DNA of 64,000 nt from assembly GCF_009914755.1 (NCBI RefSeq), contig NC_060940.1. The stretch is one strand, 5' to 3'. Below the pieces are notes generated by a model. That model worked only from the letters and a program-made list of their open reading frames with translations. It searched no databases and was not told the origin of the DNA. Positions 1 through 15,200 of this stretch are shown one piece after another (within the stretch, counting starts at the first letter, position 1; every line of letters starts with the position of its first letter). The translations under genes were made by a program, and so were the position numbers. Source of the DNA: the human T2T-CHM13v2.0 reference genome, Homo sapiens.

Positions 1-3000
1 GTGATTCCATTCGAGTACATTAGATGATTCCATTCGATTCCATTCAATGATGATTCTATTTGTGTCCCTTAGATGATTCCACATGATTCCATTAGATGAT
101 GATACTATTTGAGCCCATCCAATGATTCCCTTCGATTCCATTCGATGAGGATTCCATTCGATTCAATTCATTGGTGATTCTATTCAATTCAATTCTTTGA
201 TTCCATTCCATTCCATTCGACAATGATTCCATTCGATTTCTTTCGATGATTCCACTCGATTCCACTTGACATTGATTCCATTCGATTCCATTCAATGATT
301 CCATTTGATTCCAGTGGATGATGATTGCCATCGATTCCATTCGATCACTCCATTCTATTCCATTTGATGATGATTACATTCGATTCCATTTGATGATTCC
401 ATCTGATTCTATTCGAGGATTCCATTTGATTCCATTCGATGATGATTCCATTCGAGTCCATTCGATGATTTCATTCGAGTACATCCAATGATTCCATTCG
501 TGTCCATTTGATGATTCCATTTGTTTCCATTTGATTATGATTCTACTAGAGTCCATTCAATGACTCCATTCGAGTGCATTCAACAATTCCATTCGACTCC
601 ATTCGATGATTGCATTCGATTCCATTTGATGATTCCATTCGAGTCCATTTAATCATTACAGTCGAGTCCATTTGGTGATTCCACTGGATTTCTTTTGATA
701 ATGATACCATTCCATTACATTTGATGATGATCCCATTCAATTTCATTTGATGATGATTCCCTTAGAGTCCATTCGATGATTTCATTCGAGTCCTTTCATT
801 GATTCCATCCGATTTCATTTGATGATGACTCCATTCGAGTCCATTCGATGATTCCACTCGATTCCATTAGAGTCCATTTCATTGTTCCATTCGATTCCAT
901 TCGATTCCTTTCGAAGATTATTCCATTTGAGTCCATTCGATGATGATTACATTCCATTCCATTCGATGATTCCATTTGATTCCATTTGATGATTCCCTTC
1001 GATTCCTTTCTTTGATGACTGCATTCCATTCCATTCAATGTTTCCATTCGAATCTATTCCATGATGATTCCTTTCGATTCCATTCGCTGATGTTTCCGTT
1101 CAATTCCATTCGATGATGATTCCATTCGATTCCATTCATTGAGGATTCCATTTGATTCCATTCAATGATGATTCCCTTCTATTCCATTCAATGATTGCAT
1201 TCAATTCCATTCAATGATTATCCCATTAGAGTAAACTCAACGATTCCATTCAATACCATTCGATGATGATTCCTTTTGAGTTCATTCAATGATTTCATTC
1301 AAGTCCATTTGATGATTCCTTTCAATTCCATTCTATGATGATTCCATTCGAGTCCATTCGATGATTCCATTCGATTGCATTCCATGATTCCATTATATTC
1401 CATTCAACGGTGATTCCATTCGAGTCCATTCGATGATTCCATTAGAGTACATTTAATGATTGCTTTGTTTTCAATTCGAAGATGATTACATTCGATTCCA
1501 TTCTATGATACCATTCGATTCCATTCAATGATGATTCCACTCAAATCCATTGGATGATTCCATTCGTGTCCATTCGGTGATTTCATTAGATTCCATTCGA
1601 GGATGATTCCTTTCGATTCCATTCGATGATTCCATTCAATTCCATTCGATGATGATTCCATTCGAGTCCATATGATCATTCCATTTGATTTCATTCGATG
1701 ATGATTCCATTCGATTCCATTCGATGATTCCATTCTATTCCTTTCGATGATGATTCCATTCGAGTCCATTCGATGATTCCATTCGAGTCCATTTAATGAT
1801 TCCATTGGGTTCAATTCGATGATGATTACATTGGATTCCGTTCTATGATTCCATTCAATTCCGTTCATTGACAATTTGATTCCATTCGATGATGATTCCA
1901 TTTGAGTTCATTCGATGATTCTATTCGATTCTCTTCGATGGTGATTCAATTATATTATATTGGATGATGCCATTCGATTCCATTTGATGTTGATTCAATT
2001 CGATTCTATTCGATGATGATTCCATTGGATTTCACTTGATGATTCTATTCGATTCCATTCAATGATGATTCACTTCTCGTCCATTGGATGGTTCCATTTC
2101 ATTCCATTCGATGATGATTCCATTCGATTCCATTCGATGATTCCATTTGATTCCATTCGACGGTGACCAATTCGATTCAATTCCATGATGATTCTATTTG
2201 ATTCAATTAGATGATGTTTCCATTCGAATCCATTCCATGATTATTCCATTGGAATCCATTCGGCGATGATTCCATATGAGTCAATTCAATGATGATTCCA
2301 TATGGGTCCGTTCGATGATAATTCCATTTGATTTCATTCGATGCTTCTATTCAATTCCAGTTGATGATGATTCCGTTGGAGTCCATACGATGATTCCATT
2401 TGATTTCATTTGATGATGATTCCATTCGATTCCATTCGATGATGATTACATTGGATTCCATTCTATGATTCCATTCAATTCCATTCGTTGATGATTCGAT
2501 TCCATTCAATGATGATTCCATTTGAGTTCATTCGATGATTCTATTCGATTCCGTTCGATGGTGATTCAATTCTCTTATATTGGATGATTCCACTCGATTC
2601 CATTTGATGATTATTCCATTGGAGTCCACTTAGTGAATCCTTTAGATTCTACTCGAAGATGATTCCATTCGAGTCCATTCGATGGTACCATTCAATTCCA
2701 TTCGTTGATGCTTCCATTCAAGTGCATTCGATGATATCATTCGATTCCATTTGATGATAATTCCATTTGATTCCATGCGATGATTCTATTCGATTCCATT
2801 CAATGATAATTCCATTCAATTCAGTGATTCCTCTGGACTCCATTTGATGATGATTCCATTCAATGATTCCATTCGATTCTATTCGAAAATGATTCCATTT
2901 GAATCCATTTGATGATGATTCCATTAGATTCCATTTGATGATTCTATTCGATTCCATTCGACGATGATTCCATTCGATTCCATTTGATGATTCCATTCTA

Positions 3001-6000
3001 TTCTATTCGATGATGATTCCATTCGATTCCATTCGATGATGATTGGATTCGATTCCATTTGATGATTTCATTTGATTCCATTCGATAATGATTTTGATCA
3101 ATTCCATTCGATGATTCCATTCGATTCCATTCGATAATGATTACATCCGAGTCCATTCGATGATTCCATTTGAGCCTGTTCGATAATTCCATTTGAGTCC
3201 AATCAATGATTGCATTCATTTCCATTCAATGATTCCATTCGAGTCCATTTGATCATTCCGGTAGGGTCCGTTCGATGTTGATTCCATTGGAGTGCATTCG
3301 ATGATTCCATTCGAGTCCAATTTATGATTTGGTTCGAGTCCTTTCGATGATTCCATTCGATTCCACTCGATGATGATTTCATTCGAGTCCATTCGACACT
3401 TCCAATCGATTCCATTTGATGTTTCCTTTCGAGTCCAATTGATGATTCCATTCAATTCCATTCGATGATGATTCCGTACGATTCCACTCTGTGATGATTC
3501 CAAGTGATTGCATTCAATGATGATTCCTTTCGATTGCATTCGATTATGATTCATTTCGTGTTCATTCTATGGTTCCACAGGTTTCCATTCGTGTCCATTC
3601 CATTATTCCATTCTATTCCATTTGATGATGATTCCATTCGATTCCATTCATTGGTGATTCCACTCAATTCCATTCAATGATTCCATTCCATTTCTTTCAA
3701 CAATGATTCCATTAGTTTCTAATCGATGATCCACTTGGTTCCATTTGACGACGATTCCATTCTTGTCCATTCGATGATTCCATTTGATTCCATATGATGA
3801 TGATTCCATTCGATTCCATACCATGATGATTCCATTCGAGTCCATTCAATGGTGATTCCATTCAATTCCATTCGATGATTCCTTTCGATTCCATTCAATG
3901 ATGATGGCATTCGATTCCTTTCAATCATTCCCTTTGATTCCATTCAAAGGTGATTTCATTCAAGTCCATTCGATAATTGCATTCGATTCCATTCTATGAT
4001 GATTCCATTCGAGTCCATTTGATGATTCCATTCAATTCAAGTCAATGATGATTCCATTCAATTCCATTCGATGATTCCATTGGATTCCATTCGATGATGA
4101 TTCCATTCAAATCCATTCGATAATTCAATTCAAGTCCATTCGATGATGATTCCAATCGAATCCATTCAAAGATTCCATTCTGTTCCATTCGATGATTCCC
4201 TTAGATTCCATTCGATGATTCCACTTGATTCCATTTACGATGATTCCATTCGATTCCATGTGATGATTCCATTCAATTCTATTCAATGATGTCTCCATTT
4301 GATTCCATTCGACCATGATTGCCTTTGATTCCATTCAATGATTCCATTCGGTTCCGTTTGATGATGATTCCGTTCGATTCCATTTGATGATTCCATTTGA
4401 TTCCATTGGATGAGTCCATTCGATTACATTCGATGATTATTCCATTCGAGTGCATTAGATGATTCCATTCGAGTCCATTCGATGATTCCATTCGATTCCA
4501 TTCGATGTTGATTCTGTTCAAATCCATTCGATGATTCCACTCGATTCCATTCGTTGACTCCATTTGATCCCATTTGATGATTTCCTTTGATTCCCTTTGA
4601 TGATCATTCCATTTGATTCAATTCGGTGATTTCATTTGATTCCATTCAGTGATGTTTCCATTCGACTCCATTCGATGATGATTCCATTCGACTCCATTCG
4701 ATTATGATTTCATTCAATTCCATTCGATAATGATTCCCTTCGAGTCCATTCGATGATTCCATTCGATTCCATTCAACGATGATTTGATTCGTGTCCATTC
4801 GATGATTCCATTTGATTCCACTTGACGATGATTCCATTCGAGTCCATTTGATGATTCCATTCAATTCCATACTCCGATGATTTCTTTTGAGCCCACTCAA
4901 TGCTTCCACTCGATTCCATATGATGATGACTCCATTCGATGAAATTCGATGATGATTCCATTCGCTTGCTTTCGATGATGATTCCACTTGAGTCCGTTAG
5001 AAGATTCTATTCAATTACATTCCATGACGATTCCGTTCGAGTCCATTTGATGATTCCATTAGACTCCATTCGACGATGATTCCATTCGATGTTATTCGAT
5101 GATTCCATTCGATCTCATTCGATGATGATTCCATTCAACTCCATTCGATGTTTCCATTCGAGTTCATTCTATTATTCCATTAGATTCCATTCGATGATGA
5201 TTCCATTCGATTCCATTTGATGATTGCATTCTATTTCATTTGATGATGATTCCATTCGAGTCCACTCGATGATTCCATTCGAGTCCATTTAATGAATCCA
5301 TTGGTTTCAATTCTATGATGATTACATTGGATTACATTCGTTGATGATTTCATTCGGTTCCATTCAATGATGATTCCATTCAATTCCTTTCAATGTTTCC
5401 ATTCAATTCCATACGATGATGATTCCATTTGATTTGATTCGACAGTGAGCCATTCGATTCAATTCCATGATGATTCTATTTGATTCAATTGGTTGACATT
5501 TCCATTCGATTCCATTCGATGATGATTCCCTTTGATTCCGTTCAAAGATGATTCCATTCTAGCCCATTCAATCATTCCATTCGATTCTATTCAATGATGA
5601 TTCCATTCATGTCGATTTGGTGATTCCATTTGACTTCATTTGATGATGATTCCTTTCAAGTTCATTAGATGATTCCATTCGATTCCATTTGATGATGATC
5701 CCATTCGAGTCCATTCAGTGATTCCATTCGTTTCCATTCCATGATGATTCCATTCCTTTCCATTCAATGATTCCATTCGATTCCGTTTGATGATGATTTC
5801 ATTCGAGTCCATTTGATGATTCCATTTGATTCCATTCGATGATGATTCCATTCGAGTCCATTCGATGATTCTATTCGAATCCATTTGATGATTTCTTTTG
5901 ATTATTTTTGGTGATGATTCCATTGGAGTCCATTCAATGATTCCATTCTATTCCAATCGATGATGATTCCATTAGAGTCCATTTAATGATTCCATTTGAT

Positions 6001-6109
6001 TCCAGTCTCTGATGATTACATTCGTGTCCATACGATGATTCCACTCAATTCCATATGATGATGATTCCATTTGATTCCATTCGGTGATTCCATTCTATTC
6101 TATTCAATG
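1..6109 (+). repeat. 6.1 kb HOR unit 1 (6,109 bp; more diverged variant; phase set arbitrarily at window start)
   Basis: The landmark gtgattccattcgagtacattagatg at 1 recurs at 6110. Relative to unit 2 there is a 13-bp deletion near 870 and 10 extra bp near 2421-2440. ORF offsets of 6109, 6122 and 6112 along the unit agree. Confidence 0.93.
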
Positions 6110-9100
6110 GTGATTCCATTCGAGTACATTAGATGATTCCATTCGATTCCATTCAATGATGATTCTATTTGTGTCCCTTAGATGATTCCACATGATTCCA
6201 TTACATGATGATACTATTTGAGCCCATCCAATGATTCCCTTCGATTCCATTCGATGAGGATTCCATTCGATTCAATTCATTGGTGATTCTATTCAATTCA
6301 ATTCTTTGATTCCATTCCATTCCATTCGACAATGATTCCATTCGATTTCTTTCGATGATTCCACTCGATTCCACTTGACATTGATTCCATTCGATTCCAT
6401 TCAATGATTCCATTTGATTCCAGTGGATGATGATTGCCATCGATTCCATTCGATCACTCCATTCTATTCCATTTGATGATGATTACATTCGATTCCATTT
6501 GATGATTCCATCTGATTCTATTCGAGGATTCCATTTGATTCCATTCGATGATGATTCCATTCGAGTCCATTTGATGATTTCATTCGAGTACATCCAATGA
6601 TTCCATTCGAGTCCATTAGATGATTCCATTTGATTCCATTTGAAAATGATTCTACTAGAGTCCATTCAATGACTCCATTCGAGTCCATTCAACAATTCCA
6701 TTCGACTCCATTCGATGATTCCATTCGATTCCATTTGATGGTTCCATTCGAGTCCATTTAATCATTACAGTCGAGTCCATTTGGTGATTCCAATGGATTT
6801 CTTTTGATAATGATACCATTCCATTACATTTGATGATGATCCCATTCAATTTCATTTGATGATGATTCCATTAGAGTCCATTCGATGATTTCATTCGAGT
6901 CCCTTCATTGATTCCATCCGATTTCATTGGATGATGACTCCATTCGAGTCCATTCGATGATTCCACTCGATTCCATTAGATGACTCCATTGGAGTCCATT
7001 TGATTGTTCCATTCGATTCCATTCGATTCCTTTCGAAGATTATTCCATTTGAGTCCATTCGATAATGATTCCATTCCATTCCATTCGATGATTCCGTTTG
7101 ATTCCATTCGATGATTCCCTTCGATTCCTTTCTTTGATGATTCCATTCCATTCCATTCAATGATTCCATTCGAATCTATTCCATGATGATTCCTTTCGAT
7201 TCCATTCGCTGATGTTTCCGTTCAATTCCATTCGATGATGATTCCATTCGATTCCATTCATTGAGGATTCCATTTGATTCCATTCAATGATGATTCCATT
7301 CTATTCCATTCAATGATTGCATTCAATTCCATTCAATGATTATCCCATTAGAGTAAACTCAACGATTCCATTCAATACCATTCAATGATGATTCCTTTTG
7401 AGTCCATTCAATGATTTCATTCAAGTCCATTTGATGATTCCTTTCAATTCCATTCTATGATGATTCCATTCGAGTCCATTCGATGATTCCATTCGATTGC
7501 ATTCGATGATTCCATTATATTCCATTCAACGATGATTCCATTCGAGTCCATTCCATGATTCCATTAGAGTACATTTAATGATTGCTTTGTTTTCAATTCG
7601 AAGATGATTACATTGGATTCCATTCTATGATACCATTCGATTCCATTCAATGATGATTCCACTCAAATCCATTGGATGATTCCATTCGTGTCCATTCGGT
7701 GATTTCATTAGATTCCATTCGAGGATGATTCCATTCGATTCCATTCGATGATTCCATTCAATTCCATTCGATGATGATTCCATTCCAGTCCATATGATCA
7801 TTCCATTTGATTTCATTCGATGATGATTCCATTCGATTCCTTTCGACGATTCCATTCTATTCCATTCGATGATGATTCCATTCGAGTCCATTCGATGATT
7901 CCATTCGAGTCCATTTAATGATTCCATTGGGTTCAATTCAATGATGATTACATTGGATTCCGTTCTATGATTCCATTCAATTCCGTTCATTGACAATTTG
8001 ATTCCATTCGATGATGATTCCATTTGAGTTCATTCGATGATTCTATTCGATTCTCTTCGATGGTGATTCAATTCTATTATATTGGATGATTCCATTCGAT
8101 TCCATTTGATGTTGATTCAATTCGATTCTATTCGATGATGATTCCATTGGATTTCACTTGATGATTCTATTCGATTCCATTCAATGATGATTCACTTCTC
8201 GTCCATTGGATGATTCCATTTCATTCCATTCGATGATGATTCCATTCGATTCCATTCGATGATTCCATTTGATTCCATGCGACGGTGAGCAATTCGATTC
8301 AATTCCATGATGATTCTATTTGATTCAATTAGATGATGTTTCCATTCGAATCCATTCCATGATTATTCCATTGGAATCCATTCGGCGATGATTCCATATG
8401 AGTCAATTCAATGATGATTCCATATGGGTCCGTTCGATGATAATTCCATTTGATTTCATTCGATGCTTCTATTCTATTCCAGTCGATGATGATTCCGTTG
8501 GAGTCCATACGATGATTCCATTTGATTTCATTTGATGATGATTCCATTCGATGATGATTACATTGGATTCCATTCTATGATTCCATTCAATTCCATTCGT
8601 TGATGATTCGATTCCATTCAATGATGATTCCATTTGAGTTCATTCGATGATTCTATTCGATTCCGTTAGATGGTGATTCAATTCTCTTATATTGGATGAT
8701 TCCACTCGATTCCATTTGATGATTATTCCATTGGAGTCCACTTAGTGAATCCTTTAGATTCTACTCGACGATGATTCCATTCGAGTCCATTCGATGATAC
8801 CATTCAATTCCATTCGTTGATGCTTCCATTCAAGTGCATTCGATGATATCATTCGATTCCATTTGATGATAATTCCATTTGATTCCATGCGATGATTCTA
8901 TTCGATTCCATTCAATGATAATTCCATTCAATTCAGTGATTCCTCTGGACTCCATTTGATGATGATTCCATTCAATGATTCCATTCGATTCTATTCGAAA
9001 ATGATTCCATTTGAATCCATTTGATGATGATTCCATTAGATTCCATTTGATGATTCCATTCGATTCCATTCGACGATGATTCCATTCGATTCCGTTTGAT

Positions 9101-12100
9101 GATTCCATTCTATTCTATTCGATGATGATTCCATTCGATTCCATTCGATGATGATTGGATTCGATTCCATTTGATGATTTCATTTGATTCCATTCGTTAA
9201 TGATTTCGATCAATTCCATTCGATGATTCCATTCGATTCCATTCGATAATGATTACATCCGAGTCCATTCGATGATTCCCTTTGAGCCTGTTCGATAATT
9301 CCATTTGAGTCCAACCAATGATTCCATTCATTTCCATTCAATGATTCCATTCGAGTCCATTTGATCATTCCGGTAGGGTCCATTCGATGTTGATTCCATT
9401 GGAGTGCATTCGATGATTCCATTCGAGTCCATTTTAGGATTTGATTCGAGTCCTTTCGATGATTCCATTCGATTCCACTCGATGATGATTTCATTCGAGT
9501 CCATTCGACACTTCCAATCGATTCCATTTGATGATTCCATTCGAGTCCAATTGATGATTCCATTCAATTCCATTCGATGATGATTCCGTACGATTCCATT
9601 CTGTGATGATTCCATGTGATTGCATTCAATGATGATTCCTTTCGATTGCATTCGATTATGATTCATTTCGTGTTCATTCTATGGTTCCACAGGTTTCCAT
9701 TCGTGTCCATTCCATTATTCCATTCTATTCCATTTGATGATGATTCCATTCGATTCCATTCATTGGTGATTCCACTCAATTCCATTCAATGATTCCATTC
9801 CATTTCTTTCAACAATGATTCCATTAGTTTCTAATCGATGATCCACTTGATTCCATTTGACGACGATTCCATTCTTGTCCATTCGATGATTCCATTTGAT
9901 TCCATATGATGATGATTCCATTCGATTCCATACCATGATGATTCCATTCGAGTCCATTCAATGGTGATTCCATTCAATTCCATTCGATGATTCCTTTTGA
10001 TTCCATTCGATGATGATGGCATTCGATTCCTTTCAATCATTCCCTTTGATTCCATTCAAAGGTGATTTCATTCAAGTCCATTCGATAATTGCATTCGATT
10101 CCTTTCTATGATGATTACATTCGAGTCCATTTGATGATTCCATTCAATTCAAGTCAATGATGATTCCATTCGATTCCATTCGATGATTCCATTGGATTCC
10201 ATTCGATGATGATTCCATTCAAATCCATTCGATAATTCAATTCAAGTCCATTCGATGATGATTCCAATCGAATCCATTCAAAGATTCCATTCAGTTCCAT
10301 TCGATGATTCCCTTAGATTCCATTCGATGATTCCACTTGATTGCATTTACGATGATTCCATTCGATTCCATGTGATGATTCCATTCAATTCTATTCAATG
10401 ATGTCTCCATTTGATTCCATTCGACCATGATTGCCTTTGATTCCATTCAATGATTCCATTCGGTTCCGTTTGATGATGATTCCGTTCGATTCCATTTGAT
10501 GATTCCATTTGATTCCATTGGATGAGTCCATTCGATTACATTCGATGATTATTCCATTCGAGTGCATTAGATGATTCCATTCGAGTCCATTCGATGATTC
10601 CATTCGATTCCATTCGATGTTGATTCTGTTCAAATCCATTCGATGATTCCACTCGATTCCATTCGTTGACTCCATTTGATCCCATTCGATGATTTCCTTT
10701 GATTCCCTTTGATGATCATTCCATTTGATTCAATTCGGTGATTTCATTTGATTCCATTCAGTGATGTTTCCATTCGACTCCATTCGATGATGATTCCATT
10801 CGACTCCATTCGATTATGATTTCATTCAATTCCATTCGATAATGATTCCCTTCGAGTCCATTCGATGATTCCATTCGATTCCATTCAACGATGATTTGAT
10901 TCGTGTCCATTCGATGATTCCATTTGATTCCACTTGATGATGATTCCATTCGAGTCCATTTGATGATTCCATTCAATTCCATACTCCGATGATTTCTTTT
11001 GAGCCCACTCAATGCTTCCACTCGATTCCATATGATGATGACTCCATTCGATGAAATTCGATGATGATTCCATTCGCTTGCTTTCGATGATGATTCCACT
11101 TGAGTCCGTTAGAAGATTCTATTCAATTACATTCCAGGACGATTCCGTTCGAGTCCATTTGATGATTCCATTAGACTCCATTCGACGATGATTCCATTCG
11201 ATGTTATTCCATGATTCCATTCGATCTCATTCGATGATGATTCCATTCAACTCCATTCGATGTTTCCATTCGAGTTCATTCTATTATTCCATTAGATTCC
11301 ATTCGATGATGATTCCATTCGATTCCATTTGATGATTGCATTCTATTTCATTTGATGATGATTCCATTCGAGTCCACTCGATGATTCCATTCGAGTCCAT
11401 TTAATGAATCCATTGGTTTCAATTCTATGATGATTACATTGGATTCCATTCGTTGATGATTTCATTCGGTTCCATTCAATGATGATTCCATTCAATTCCT
11501 TTCAATGTTTCCATTCAATTCCATACGATGATGATTCCATTTGATTTGATTCGACAGTGAGCCATTCGATTCAATTCCATGATGATTCTATTTGATTCAA
11601 TTGGTTGACATTTCCATTCGATTCCATTCGATGATGATTCCCTTTGATTCCGTTCCAAGATGATTCCATTCTAGCCCATTCAATCATTCCATTCGATTCT
11701 ATTCAATGATGATTCCATTCATGTCGATTTGGTGATTCCATTTGACTTCATTTGATGATGATTCCTTTCAAGTTCATTAGATGATTCCATTCGATTCCAT
11801 TTGATGATGATCCCATTCGAGTCCATTCAGTGATTCCATTCGTTTCCATTCCATGATGATTCCATTCCTTTCCATTCAATGATTCCATTCGATTCCGTTT
11901 GATGATGATTTCATTCGAGTCCATTTGATGATTCCATTTGATTCCATTCGATGATGATTCCATTCGAGTCCATTCGATGATTCTATTCGAATCCATTTGA
12001 TGATTTCTTTTGATTATATTTGGTGATGATTCCATTGGAGTCCATTCAATGATTCCATTCTATTCCAATCGATGATGATTCCATTAGAGTCCATTTAATG

Positions 12101-12221
12101 ATTCCATTTGATTCCAGTCTCTGATGATTACATTCGAGTCCATACGATGATTCCACTCAATTCCATATGATGATGATTCCATTTGATTCCATTCGGTGAT
12201 TCCATTCTATTCTATTCAATG
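6110..12221 (+). repeat. 6.1 kb HOR unit 2 (6,112 bp, canonical)
   Basis: Landmark at 6110 and 12222; corresponding ORF-track entries recur at +6112. Confidence 0.95.
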
Positions 12222-15200
12222 GTGATTCCATTCGAGTACATTAGATGATTCCATTCGATTCCATTCAATGATGATTCTATTTGTGTCCCTTAGATGATTC
12301 CACATGATTCCATTAGATGATGATACTATTTGAGCCCATCCAATGATTCCCTTCGATTCCATTCGATGAGGATTCCATTCGATTCAATTCATTGGTGATT
12401 CTATTCAATTCAATTCTTTCATTCCATTCCATTCCATTCGACAATGATTCCATTCGATTACTTTCGATGATTCCACTCGATTCCACTTGACATTGATTCC
12501 ATTCGATTCCATTCAATGATTCCATTTGATTCCAGTGGATGATGATTGCCATCGATTCCATTCGATCACTCCATTCTATTCCATTTGATGATGATTACAT
12601 TCGATTCCATTTGATGATTCCATCTGATTCTATTCGAGGATTCCATTTGATTCCATTCGATGATGATTCCATTCGAGTGCATTCGATGATTTCATTCGAG
12701 TACATCCAATGATTCCATTCGAGTCCATTAGATGATTCCATTTGATTCCATTTGAAAATGATTCTACTAGAGTCCATTCAATGACTCCATTCGAGTCCAT
12801 TCAACAATTCCATTCGACTCCATTCGATGATTCCATTCGATTCCATTTGATGGTACCATTCGAGTCCATTTAATCATTACAGTCGAGTCCATTTGGTGAT
12901 TCCACTGGATTTCTTTTGATAATGATACCATTCAATTACATTTGATGATGATCCCATTCAACTTCATTTGATGATGATTCCATTAGAGTCCATTCGATGA
13001 TTTCATTCGAGTCCCTTCATTGATTCCATCCGATTTCATTGGATGATGACTCCATTCGAGTCCATTCGATGATTCCACTCGATTCCATTAGATGACTCCA
13101 TTGGAGTCCATTTGATTGTTCCATTCGATTCCATTCGATTCCTTTCGAAGATTATTCCATTTGAGTCCATTCGATGATGATTCCATTCCATTCCATTCGA
13201 TGATTCCGTTTGATTCCATTCGATGATTCCCTTCGATTCCTTTCTTTGATGATTCCATTCCATTCCATTCAATGATTCCATTCGAATCTATTCCATGATG
13301 ATTCCTTTCGATTCCATTCGCTGATGTTTCCGTTCAATTCCATTCGATGATGATTCCATTCGATTCCATTCATTGAGGATTCCATTTGATTCCATTCAAT
13401 GATGATTCCATTCTATTCCATTCAATGATTGCATTCAATTCCATTCAATGATTATCCCATTAGAGTAAACTCAACGATTCCATTCAATACCATTCGATGA
13501 TGATTCCTTTTGAGTCCATTCAATGATTTCATTCAAGTCCATTTGATGATTCCTTTCAATTCCATTCTATGATGATTCCATTCGAGTCCATTCGATGATT
13601 CCATTCGATTGCATTCGATGATTCCATTATATTCCATTCAACGGTGATTCCATTCGAGTCCATTCCATGATTCCATTAGAGTTCATTTAATGATTGCTTT
13701 GTTTTCAATTCGAAGATGATTACATTGGATTCCATTCTATGATACCATTCGATTCCATTCAATGATGACTCCACTCAAATCCATTGGATGATTCCATTCG
13801 TGTCCATTCGGTGATTTCATTAGATTCCATTCGAGGATGATTCCATTCGATTCCATTCGATGATTCCATTCAATTCCATTCGATGATGATTCCATTCCAG
13901 TCCATATGATCATTCCATTTGATTTCATTCGATGATGATTCCATTCGATTCCATTCGATGATTCCATTCTATTCCATTCGATGATGATTCCATTCGAGTC
14001 CATTCGATGATTCCATTCGAGTCCATTTAATGATTCCATTGGGTTCAATTCAATGATGATTACATTGGATTCCGTTCTATGATTCCATTCAATTCCATTC
14101 ATTGACAATTTGATTCCATTCGATGATGATTCCATTTGAGTTCATTCGATGATTCTATTCGATTCTCTTCGATGGTGATTCAATTCTATTATATTGGATG
14201 ATTCCATTCGATTCCATTTGATGTTGATTCAATTCGATTCTATTCGATGATGATTCCATTGGATTTCACTTGATGATTCTATTCGATTCCATTCAATGAT
14301 GATTCACTTCTCGTCCATTGGATGATTCCATTTCATTCCATTCGATGATGATTCCATTCGATTCCATTCGATGATTCCATTTGATTCCATGCGACGGTGA
14401 GCAATTCGATTCAATTCCATGATGATTCTATTTGATTCAATTAGATGATGTTTCCATTCGAATCCATTCCATGATTATTCCATTGGAATCCATTCGGCGA
14501 TGATTCCATATGAGTCAATTCAATGATGATTCCATATGGGTCCGTTCGATGATAATTCCATTTGATTTCATTCGATGCTTCTATTCTATTCCAGTCGATG
14601 ATGATTCCATTGGAGTCCATACGATGATTCCATTTGATTTCATTTGATGATGATTCCATTCGATGATGATTACATTGGATTCCATTCTATGATTCCATTC
14701 AATTCCATTCGTTGATGATTCGATTCCATTCAATGATGATTCCATTTGAGTTCATTCGATGATTCTATTCGATTCCGTTCGATGGTGACTCAATTCTATT
14801 ATACTGGATGATTCCAGTCGATTCCATTTGATGATTATTCCATTGGAGTCCACTTAGTGAATCCTTTAGATTCTACTCGACGATGATTCCATTCGAGTCC
14901 ATTCGATGATACCATTCAATTCCATTCGTTGATGCTTCCATTCAAGTGCATTCGATGATATCATTCGATTCCATTTGATGATAATTCCATTTGATTCCAT
15001 GCGATGATTCTATTCGATTCCATTCAATGATAATTCCATTCAATTCAGTGATTCCTCTGGACTCCATTTGATGATGATTCCATTCAATGATTCCATTCGA
15101 TTCTATTCGAAAATGATTCCATTTGAATCCATTTGATGATGATTCCATTAGATTCCATTTGATGATTCCATTCGATTCCATTCGACGATGATTCCATTCG

